Part shown: positions 56,723-64,000 of the stretch, piece by piece
How the letters are laid out: the number at the start of each line of letters is the position of its first letter
Position numbering within the stretch: position 1 is the stretch's first letter
Source of the DNA: Patescibacteria group bacterium
Lineage (GTDB): Bacteria; Patescibacteriota; Patescibacteriia; XYB2-FULL-38-15
Reading direction: 5' to 3'
NCBI GenBank assembly: GCA_041737355.1
Contig: JBGSRW010000003.1
Span: forward strand, 5,332-69,331
DNA: 64,000 nucleotides
Made by a program: the position numbers and the translations under genes
The notes under the pieces: model-generated
Database searches by the model: none
Seen by the model: the letters and a program-made list of their open reading frames with translations, nothing else
Told to the model about the DNA's origin: nothing

Positions 56723-59700
56723 CTAGTAGCTCATGGCTCCGCCATTGACTGGCAGGTTCTTGGTCGTGGTCAAATCAACAGTGGCGAGAGAGCTGTCTGC
56801 CCAAATCACACCTGAAACGTTCCAGGTTCCTCCAGCAAGTGTGTACTGAAGAGTGTTCGGGTTAACAGCGCCCGTTGTATCACCGTTTAACTTGACAACC
56901 AAGGTTGAACCAGCGCCAATCTGCAAAGTGTTGGCGAAAGTGCCCATGGTAGTCGTATTCAAAGGACCGGATAACCAGTTACCGGCGCCTATGAAATCCC
57001 AGTAAGTAACGGTAGCGGCGTCATTGCACCACTTCGCGTTAGCAGGACCAGCTACAACAGCTGTGCCTGACTTCTGGTTTTCGAGTTCAATAATCGTGAT
57101 GTCATCACCGGTTGCCACAAAGTTCAGTTTCAAGACGTCTTTGCCAATGCCGGCTGTCTGAGTGCCAGACGGTGAGCCGGAATTTAAGCTGACAGTCAAG
57201 ATACCTTTGTGGATGGTGTAGGCATTTGAACCCCAGACGTTTCCAGCGCCAGTACCGAGGTCATCAATATTGGCCTGCGGAATGGTTACACCAGAGGATT
57301 GGCCATTGGCAATAATACTGTAGTTGCCAGCGCCGCCCCATTGTGTCCCGTCGCCGCTGGAATCGCCGATGCCAAAGTAGAATTCATCGGTACCGATCGT
57401 AACCGTACCGCTGCTGTCGGCGTCAGGGTTAACCTGGTCTTTCGGCGAAACATCAATTCTGAATTCAACATTCTTATAGCCATCCTTCGGGATGACCAAA
57501 GTGCCGGAATTCAAAACGATGTTACCCATACCGGTTGTCGGATTAAGAGTATAACCAGCCGTGTTGCCGGTCAAAACGCCGTCAACATAGAGGTAAACTC
57601 TGCCGACATTACCAATGTGGCCAGGATAAGCGACTTGAATGCCAACGAAGAACGGGATGGTTGTCACGTCAACCGGTTCCCATGTCGCGGAGAACTTGTA
57701 CTTCATCACCGAATTGTTGGTTGAAGAAGAAACAAGCTGAGCCGCAACCGGAAGATCGGCCGCTTTCGCGACAGTCAGTCTGCCGTTCGCTTGTAAGGTC
57801 TGGGCTTGGCCAGCTCCGGCAAAAAGCAACGCGGCATTGTTGCCGGTGTCTTTGCCAGTTGCTACCACGCCAGCCGCGGCAACATTGTATGTGTGAGTTT
57901 CACCGCCAGCAATCAAGGTGCCATCAACATCAGCTTTTAAAGTCAAGCGTGATGTGGCAGTCTTGGAAACAATAATCGGAGTCTGGAAGGTGAAGGTAAC
58001 AGTCGCGCCGTTAGTCGCGGTTGAGTTCGATGTGGTCAAACGGATATTTTCGGCTGTCGCATCTGTGTTGTCAGGATCGCCCCAGAGTTCAAGGTTTATG
58101 AGCTCAGGGAGTGTTGCGCCGCCACCAATGGTGTCGGTCACAATAACCTGTGAAACGCGGATGTTCTCGCCGCCGCCTGATGCGTCAAGATCAATATAGG
58201 CAAAGGCCTGATCCTGTGCATTGGCAACGATTGTTCCGGCAATCGGAGTCGCGGCTGTTGTTACGTTCAAGGCCGGACCCTGGAGGGTCTGGACATTTCC
58301 GAGTATGCCTGTCGCCGGAGGAACAAGCGGACCGGCTGAAGTGGTCCAAGTGGTCTTACCGGAATTGGCGCCTTTGGCCGTAATTTGGCCAGCCGCCATA
58401 TCGAGGCGGACTGTATCCAAAGCTACGCCCGTTGAGGAAACATCAACTTTTACCCAAACCGTGGTTGTACCGACCGGTAAGGTGTAGGAATCAGTGAAGG
58501 TGATTGTGTCGGTTCCAATAATATCAAGGATTGTCGCATCTCTATTTTTTGGTCCGGCTAAAACCGTACCATCAGCTTTATAGAGAGTCCAGTTGGTGAA
58601 TTTACCAACCGTTGCGCCAGTCGTGGTGTAGTTCATCACGGTTCTCGTGACGTTGACCGGTTCGCCGGCAACAACATAATCAAAGGCCATTACAGGAACC
58701 GCTGAAGCGCCAACGCCGATTTTACCGGTGGCTGGAGCTGAGGGGCTCTTTGAAACTGTTAAATAGCCCTGATTGATATCCTGTCTCGGACAGGTGAAAT
58801 CAGTGAAAGCCGCGACGCAGAAGTTGTTGAGGCCAGCCGGAGTGATGCCGAAGTTATAAGTGGCACCCTTAATCATCATGGTGAAAGCTGTGCCGTCATG
58901 GACATCAAAACCGAGATCTCTGCCTGAACCGCCGGCTACGTCAGCCTTAACTGAAAGGAGGACGTTGCCGCCTTTGGCAATCTGGATGTTCAAATTGGAG
59001 AAAACGACCCGGCCGTTTCCGTCCAAAGTGGTAGCAGTGCCAAGGACCGCTCCGGAGGTATCGTTATAAAGAACAATGTTCTTTATATCGGTGTTGGCGG
59101 CTGTGCCGTTCTTCAAGACCGTTAACTGGTCAAGAACGACTGGCTCGACCGCTCCGGCAGTAATTTTAACCTGCGAGAAGCGATAGCCGACAGCGTCAGC
59201 ATCAACATTGCCGCCATGGGTCGGATTTAACGGACCGGCGGTTACTGTTGCTGTGCCGATATTGGTGTTAACCAAACTCATGACATTGCCGTTCACCGGG
59301 AAGGTGCCGCCGACAACGGCGGTTGTGGTAACATCAGCCGAGTTGGCAATACCTAAGATGTGTTGATCGAAGGTTACTGGAAGGACAACGATGTCAGCCG
59401 CGATGACAACCTTCTGGGTTGCACCAGCCGCGATGACAATCGGGTTTGAGGACAAAGAAAAAGTTGCTTGATGCAACGATCCTAAGCTCTGCGAAGTGCC
59501 TCTTTGTATGCCGTCAACAAATAATTTGACAGCGGCAATGTTGGCATCCGCGCCTAAACCAGATCTTGTAACTTTAAGACCTGTAACGGTTGCTCCAGCC
59601 GGACCTGCAGTCAAGTTCAGATAAGTGAAATGAACATTGGCCGCGTTGTTCGGGATTGAAGCTGACATCGGAGTGTCTGAAGCCAAGGAAATGGTTACTC

Positions 59701-60289
59701 CACCGCCCGCGCCAGTCAAACCTTTGTCTTCGTTGATTGTGGCAACAGCTAATTGAGTCGCCAAACTATAATCTGAAGCATTGTTGATTTCTGTACCGAT
59801 CGTGTAGTTGGTCAGAAGTGATTCCGGAACAGCGACAATCTGACCTTCCCAGGCCGCGCCCCAAATTGAAGTGGCGAGTGCAGCGGTTTTAACCCAGTGC
59901 AAAACGCCGCCTTTTGAAACGGCATAAACCTTAGGATCCATTACTGCCCATGGTGTATCCATGCTAACAACCTGGAGTAATTTACCAGGATGAACGGTCA
60001 CATTGCCTCCGAAAGGAATAGCAACGAGATCCGCATCGGTCATGGTCTGAACTGTTCCAAAGCCTGTATACCATGAAGTATACGCAGCTTGGTACGGGAA
60101 GACATATCTTTTCGCATCAGAGCCGTAGTAATAGACGGCTGTGCCAGTCCCCTTGATCAAATCACCAGATGTAGCGGCATTAGCAGCCAATGGCAAAGCC
60201 AAGGCGCCGATACCGATAGACCAGACGATCGTGGTCAGGACGACTGTGAAGGCAAAGACTTTCTTCCCCTTCTTAATCAAATCGTTCAT
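56723..60289 (-). CDS. Giant secreted cell-surface protein (1188 aa) with the shared module at the N-terminus followed by long beta-rich repeats
   Basis: Signal peptide. N-terminal SGDLIKGTGTAVYYYGSDAKRYVFP...SWY...VQTMTDADL. Thr/Gly/Ala/Val-rich repeats. Confidence 0.65.
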   Translation of the reverse strand: MNDLIKKGKKVFAFTVVLTTIVWSIGIGALALPLAANAATSGDLIKGTGTAVYYYGSDAKRYVFPYQAAYTSWYTGFGTVQTMTDADLVAIPFGGNVTVHPGKLLQVVSMDTPWAVMDPKVYAVSKGGVLHWVKTAALATSIWGAAWEGQIVAVPESLLTNYTIGTEINNASDYSLATQLAVATINEDKGLTGAGGGVTISLASDTPMSASIPNNAANVHFTYLNLTAGPAGATVTGLKVTRSGLGADANIAAVKLFVDGIQRGTSQSLGSLHQATFSLSSNPIVIAAGATQKVVIAADIVVLPVTFDQHILGIANSADVTTTAVVGGTFPVNGNVMSLVNTNIGTATVTAGPLNPTHGGNVDADAVGYRFSQVKITAGAVEPVVLDQLTVLKNGTAANTDIKNIVLYNDTSGAVLGTATTLDGNGRVVFSNLNIQIAKGGNVLLSVKADVAGGSGRDLGFDVHDGTAFTMMIKGATYNFGITPAGLNNFCVAAFTDFTCPRQDINQGYLTVSKSPSAPATGKIGVGASAVPVMAFDYVVAGEPVNVTRTVMNYTTTGATVGKFTNWTLYKADGTVLAGPKNRDATILDIIGTDTITFTDSYTLPVGTTTVWVKVDVSSTGVALDTVRLDMAAGQITAKGANSGKTTWTTSAGPLVPPATGILGNVQTLQGPALNVTTAATPIAGTIVANAQDQAFAYIDLDASGGGENIRVSQVIVTDTIGGGATLPELINLELWGDPDNTDATAENIRLTTSNSTATNGATVTFTFQTPIIVSKTATSRLTLKADVDGTLIAGGETHTYNVAAAGVVATGKDTGNNAALLFAGAGQAQTLQANGRLTVAKAADLPVAAQLVSSSTNNSVMKYKFSATWEPVDVTTIPFFVGIQVAYPGHIGNVGRVYLYVDGVLTGNTAGYTLNPTTGMGNIVLNSGTLVIPKDGYKNVEFRIDVSPKDQVNPDADSSGTVTIGTDEFYFGIGDSSGDGTQWGGAGNYSIIANGQSSGVTIPQANIDDLGTGAGNVWGSNAYTIHKGILTVSLNSGSPSGTQTAGIGKDVLKLNFVATGDDITIIELENQKSGTAVVAGPANAKWCNDAATVTYWDFIGAGNWLSGPLNTTTMGTFANTLQIGAGSTLVVKLNGDTTGAVNPNTLQYTLAGGTWNVSGVIWADSSLATVDLTTTKNLPVNGGAMSY
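59770..60170. repeat. Dispersed repeat copy B (exact 39-mer at 59903-59941)
   Basis: See copy A at 54301-54700. Confidence 0.7.
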
Positions 60290-60477
60290 AATAAAATTTC
60301 TTTTTTCGCACGGACCAAACTAAGAATAAACTTGCGTTTGTTTCTTGGTTTTTAATCCGCGTTTAATTTTTATTAACGGCAGAGCCCCATTTTAAGGGTC
60401 GACCTTTTAGCCGCTGCCTTTTTTATAAATAACTTAAAAACTTTCCTGTTACGGTTTTATTAATTTCTTCGTACGGG

Positions 60478-61737
60478 TTACTCTTTCGTTTCTTCCTGCC
60501 GTAAATCAATGCCGACCTTCAGGGCGCTTTCGTCAATTTCCGGTTCTGCCGGAGGTGCCGGAGCAACAACTTTGATTACTGGTTTTATATACACTTTCGG
60601 CGTATTCGTATTTGTGTTTATTGCGCTATTGGTATCTGTATTTATTCCATCAATCGGACTGTTTGTCAAATCAGCATTAATATTTTGATTCGTACCGGAA
60701 TTAGTATCGCATCCTTCGCAGGAAACACTATCCTCGGTGGCCACCGTCGAAACCGCCTCTGTCGCAATTTGCTCGGCCTGCTTGGCCAGCTCTTTGCTTT
60801 CCATGGTTTTACTCAAAGCAATGGTCATGTCTTTCTGGTTCAACGCCTCTCTGGCTTGGGCTAAAACTTCCTTTACTCCTACGGTAGCTTGCCGGAGCTG
60901 CTCAATCTGCGGCGCGGATAAATTATCCATCTGACCTTCCACTTCGGCGACTTTAGCTTCCGTAGTTTCAATTTTTTGCTCCACTCTCTTCAAAACATCC
61001 TCTTCAGATTGAACAACTTCTCCCTGAACGTGTTTTTCCACAATTACCGCCAAAGCCTTATCGCTCGTTTCCTCTGCCAGATCAAGCCCTTTGCTAATTT
61101 TTTCGGCGGCCTCGCCGTCTACTGGCAAATCGGTTGTCGTCTGGGACAAAGTTTCTTTATATTCTTTAACCTTGCTGTCAACGATTTTTGCGACTTCAAC
61201 TGTGGCTTGCGGAGCAACCTCATTATTTAAATTATCCAGATTGTTCTGAACCGCGGCGATTTCCTGCTGGAACTTATCCATGGCCACATTAATTTTTTGA
61301 ATTTTGTTCTGCTGTGAGTCGGTATTTCCTTTAATTACCCTGACTTCGTTAATTCTTTTTCCTGCCAATTTAACATGCATCTTGGCCGCCTCTTTATCAT
61401 CAAAAGTAAAGGCAACCTGAACTTTCTCGGTGGCAATTTTCAGCGGATACAACCTGTCGCCCGGCAAGGCTAGCTGTGAGGCACTGACCGAAAAACCGCT
61501 GCCCAAAACCAGCCCGAAAATAGCAACCAAGGTCATAACCGGACGAACGGCCAATCTCATAACTTTCCATGGGAATAAAATGCTGGAAATTTCCGAAGCC
61601 CACGTTTCATTCTGTTGTTTACCGGCCAGATTATTTTTTATTTCTGACATCAAAAAATCCCGGTTGGCTTCTTTCCATTCGGCCCTCGGAGCTATTTCTT
61701 TAAGGCTCTTCAATTGTTTTATTATATTAACCGACAT
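60478..61737 (-). CDS. Putative anti-sigma factor: membrane-spanning, coiled-coil/DUF5667-like extracytoplasmic domain, low-complexity C-terminus
   Basis: 419 aa. Begins 4 nt after the ECF sigma stop. Short cytoplasmic N-terminus. One TM (VMTLVAIFGLVLGSGFSV). Long helical ectodomain. N/T-rich tail. Confidence 0.5.
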   Translation of the reverse strand: MSVNIIKQLKSLKEIAPRAEWKEANRDFLMSEIKNNLAGKQQNETWASEISSILFPWKVMRLAVRPVMTLVAIFGLVLGSGFSVSASQLALPGDRLYPLKIATEKVQVAFTFDDKEAAKMHVKLAGKRINEVRVIKGNTDSQQNKIQKINVAMDKFQQEIAAVQNNLDNLNNEVAPQATVEVAKIVDSKVKEYKETLSQTTTDLPVDGEAAEKISKGLDLAEETSDKALAVIVEKHVQGEVVQSEEDVLKRVEQKIETTEAKVAEVEGQMDNLSAPQIEQLRQATVGVKEVLAQAREALNQKDMTIALSKTMESKELAKQAEQIATEAVSTVATEDSVSCEGCDTNSGTNQNINADLTNSPIDGINTDTNSAINTNTNTPKVYIKPVIKVVAPAPPAEPEIDESALKVGIDLRQEETKE

Positions 61738-61741
61738 AATT

Positions 61742-62323
61742 TTATTTAACTTTCCCGGGCATCTTATCTTTCAATGAATTTACCGCCCGATGAAGAAGAA
61801 CTCTAATCGACCCCTCCGGTTTTCCTAAAATTTCGGCTACTTCCTTTATTTCCATCTCCTCCACAAAACGCAACATAATTACTTCTCGGTACTCTCCTTT
61901 TATTTTTTGTAAAGCTTTTTTTACCGCCTCGAAGTCCGAACTCAATTCTATTTTTTCCGCCAGGTCTTGTTTCGGGTCGGCTATATCAACTTTTAATTGC
62001 TCATCGTCTCCGCCCGGTTCGTCCAGCGATTCCTCTCTCAAACCCTTGGTCCGGTAAAAATCTATAACCGTATTACGCGCCGTCTGGTAAAGAAAGGCCC
62101 TTAGATTATCGATCGCTTTGGAGTCTTTCTCGTTTATATACTGCCAGGTTTTCAAAAAAACTTCTCCGGTCAGGTCTTCAGCTTCTTCCTTGCTTGAAAC
62201 TTTAAAATAGATAAACCGATAAATTTCATCAACGTAAATATCATAAAGTTTGCCGTAGACGTCCGGGTCGCGGGTTGTTCGTAGCTTCAGGAATAAATAT
62301 TGTTCTTTCAAGCTTCTACTCAT
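61742..62323 (-). CDS. ECF-family RNA polymerase sigma-70 factor
   Basis: 193 aa. Region 2 (YDIYVDEIYRFIYFKV...AEDLTGEVFLKTWQ). Region 4 HTH (EVIMLRFVEEMEIKEVAEILGKPEGSIRVLLHRAVNSLK). Confidence 0.85.
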   Translation of the reverse strand: MSRSLKEQYLFLKLRTTRDPDVYGKLYDIYVDEIYRFIYFKVSSKEEAEDLTGEVFLKTWQYINEKDSKAIDNLRAFLYQTARNTVIDFYRTKGLREESLDEPGGDDEQLKVDIADPKQDLAEKIELSSDFEAVKKALQKIKGEYREVIMLRFVEEMEIKEVAEILGKPEGSIRVLLHRAVNSLKDKMPGKVK

Positions 62324-62438
62324 TGAGACGATTTTTTAGCTTTTTGTTACACCCATAGTATAGAGAAAAACCGCTAAAATTACAAATAATCCGGCTGTCG
62401 GACATGTTTAGTTTCTTACTTTTTCTTAGATTTTGATG

Positions 62439-62574
62439 TTAACAATATTATATACACAACGTTAACAATAATATCCAATTATTTATCCACACCCCGCTCT
62501 TTACAAATAAAACTGATGGTTTATACTATAAATGTGAACATTATCATAAACATACTATTAACGATATTATATAC
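62439..62574. promoter_or_regulatory. AT-rich divergent control region containing three copies of the motif TTAAC(A/G)ATAWTAT(ATAC)
   Basis: Copies at 62439-62455 (ttaacaatattatatac), 62462-62476 (ttaacaataatatcc) and 62558-62574 (ttaacgatattatatac). They lie between the ECF sigma gene (minus) and the HTH gene (plus). Confidence 0.35.
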
Positions 62575-62660
62575 TTTATCCCGGAATAAACAGCTTACTT
62601 TAATATAAGAAAAAGGTCAAAAAATAATCAATTTAATTAATAAACTAATTATTCAAAAAT

Positions 62661-62936
62661 ATGGCAAACCAAACCCTAATCCGCGTTTCCGTGTCCGAAG
62701 CCGCTCGCCTCTTCGGGGTCAATCCTCTGACAATCCGGCGGGCCCTGAAAGACCAGGATCTCCGTTATGTCGTTGTCCGAGGCAGATACAAAATAGATTT
62801 TTCAAGCTTGATAAAATGGTCGCAGCAACGTCCGCTTGTAAAATATAAAACCGAAACCAAGGGCCTGGGGCAATATGTTGAAAAGTGGCGGATCAAAAAC
62901 ACTCTCTACTCCCCCAACCCGAAAACCGCCGAATAA
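62661..62936 (+). CDS. Small helix-turn-helix DNA-binding protein (HTH_17/excisionase-MerR-like)
   Basis: 91 aa. VSEAARLFGVNPLTIRRALKDQDLRYVVVRGRYKI is an HTH_17-type fold. Confidence 0.55.
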   Translation: MANQTLIRVSVSEAARLFGVNPLTIRRALKDQDLRYVVVRGRYKIDFSSLIKWSQQRPLVKYKTETKGLGQYVEKWRIKNTLYSPNPKTAE

Positions 62937-62955
62937 CTTTAATACACCAGCATAC

Positions 62956-62990
62956 AAAAAGACCGGGAGATTAGCCTCCCGGTCTTTTTA
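62956..62990 (+). terminator. Bidirectional rho-independent terminator (HTH gene and the partial GT4 gene)
   Basis: aaaaagaccgggag-attagc-ctcccggtcttttt. Runs of A and T on both sides. Confidence 0.7.
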
Positions 62991-62997
62991 ATATTAT

Positions 62998-64000
62998 TTA
63001 TCCAGCGCAGTAGAGCTGTCTGACTTGAATAGCAATTTTTTCCCAATTGTATTGTTCTTCCACGAACTTTTTAGCCGTCAGGCCCTGCACAACAAGATCT
63101 TTTTTGGTAACTAACGCCTCTATCTGATTTGTCAGATCATCAATGTCTTTATTTCTAAAGTGCATTCCGAAATCTTTGACCAATTCCATATTTTCCGGAA
63201 TATCGGAGGCTAAAACAACTTTGCCGTAACTCATCGCCTCAAGAACGGCGATCGGCAAACCTTCCGATTCCGAAGGATGGACAACCGCCAAACAATTCAA
63301 AAATAAATCTTCCAAAGGTTTTCCCGACTGGAAACCGGTAAAAACTATATCTTTATTTTCTTTGGCAAAATCCTTAAGCGACTTGACATAATCATCGGTA
63401 AAAGAAGAGTCGCCGGCAAAAACCAGCTTCAATCCGCCAAAATCATGATTGCGCTCTTTTAAATTTTGGAAAGCGCTGACAAGATAGTGGGCGCCCTTAT
63501 GCCTGACGAGCCGGGACACCATCAAAATGTATTTTTCTTTTTCCAAATTAAACTTACGCAAAATTTCGGAATCAAAATATTCGGCCGCGCAGCGAACCGG
63601 TACTCCGTTCGGGATATAAGAGGTTTCTTTATCGTAGGCCTCCGCACAATACTGGTGCAGAGTTTTAGACACGGTAATAGTTTTGTGGGCAAAACGGCAA
63701 GCCGCCCATTCTCCCGCCCGAAGCATTATCTTGGCAACCGCTCCCCATTTCTGATGCTTCCGGTCAATACAATGAAAAGTCGTCACAATTTTAATTTTTG
63801 GACAAAAAATTCTCGGTAAAAAAGAAAGCAGAGACGGCCCGACGCCATGATAATGGATAACATCGTATTTTCCGAACATGGCATGAACAGTAGCTAAAAA
63901 AGTATGAGAAATCGCATCCAGGTGTTTTGTTTTGAGAGACGGCAGAAATACCAATTTTACCCCTTTGTATTTTTTTGATTCCCTGCTGTCTTTATCTCCG
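62998..64000 (-). CDS. Glycosyltransferase family 4, paralog of 10408-11565; N-terminus lies beyond the window end
   Basis: The reading frame stays open upstream of the track's TTG at 63954 (...GDKDSRESKKYKGVKLVFLPSLKTKHL). This aligns to residues about 55-75 of the 10408-11565 protein (GQKKYKGVNLVSLPSVPTKNF), so about 55 residues are missing. Confidence 0.75.
   Translation of the reverse strand, partial: GDKDSRESKKYKGVKLVFLPSLKTKHLDAISHTFLATVHAMFGKYDVIHYHGVGPSLLSFLPRIFCPKIKIVTTFHCIDRKHQKWGAVAKIMLRAGEWAACRFAHKTITVSKTLHQYCAEAYDKETSYIPNGVPVRCAAEYFDSEILRKFNLEKEKYILMVSRLVRHKGAHYLVSAFQNLKERNHDFGGLKLVFAGDSSFTDDYVKSLKDFAKENKDIVFTGFQSGKPLEDLFLNCLAVVHPSESEGLPIAVLEAMSYGKVVLASDIPENMELVKDFGMHFRNKDIDDLTNQIEALVTKKDLVVQGLTAKKFVEEQYNWEKIAIQVRQLYCAG

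Noticed and set aside
60385-60435. Plus-oriented hairpin plus T-run (ggcag...ctgcc tttttt) in the 60290-60477 intergenic region
   Set aside because: The stem is only 5 bp with a roughly 30-nt loop, and there is no plus-strand gene upstream. More likely an AT-rich promoter region for the 56723-60289 gene.
62324-62660. Possible mobile-element remnant (AT-rich region plus excisionase-like HTH_17 gene)
   Set aside because: No integrase, transposase, flanking repeats or att-like duplication is visible in the window. Better read as a divergent regulatory region.

Overview
This 64 kb window is densely coded, mostly on the minus strand, and is AT-rich. Its gene content looks like a reduced-genome bacterium of the CPR/Patescibacteria type (inference from content and compactness, not from a search). 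Four gene groups stand out: fragmented division and cell-wall genes, a minimal Fe-S assembly trio, a long surface-glycosylation locus, and a run of giant secreted proteins.

Core content: ftsEX, an FtsB-like protein, murE-murD, mraY-ftsW-murG separately, murA, a minimal Fe-S trio (iscS, iscU, nfu), ribosomal L27 and L9, pyrG, an S41 peptidase, an M50 protease with CBS domains, a NUDIX hydrolase, a translin-like protein and mscL. There are four tRNAs: Gln(UUG), Gly(CCC), Thr(CGU) and Lys(UUU).

Surface glycosylation locus (25.2-41.9 kb): rmlA, rmlD, an FdtA-like cupin, rmlB, a HIT protein, a UXS-like epimerase, two GT2 enzymes (one DPM1-like, next to a DUF2304-like protein), two GT4 enzymes and two large polytopic GT-C/YfhO-like membrane proteins.

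Secreted-protein block (41.9-60.3 kb, about 16 kb): an S8 protease with FG-GAP repeats, then five giant secreted proteins (up to 1886 aa) that share a roughly 130-aa module. The module sits at the N-terminus in some and the C-terminus in others, and two copies share an exact 39-nt repeat. An ECF sigma / anti-sigma pair follows.

Two short GC-rich islands interrupt the AT-rich background. One is a GGDEF diguanylate cyclase directly after tRNA-Lys (11963-12598). The other is a two-gene operon of unknown function with strong Shine-Dalgarno sites, inserted inside the dTDP-sugar operon (27290-28140). A Cys-rich 91-aa ORF at 21129-21404 is also compositionally odd.

No CRISPR array, rRNA, transposase or integrase was recognised. 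The supplied ORF track leaves out the two edge-truncated genes (1-753 and 62998-64000, both minus) and treats TTG/GTG as start codons.
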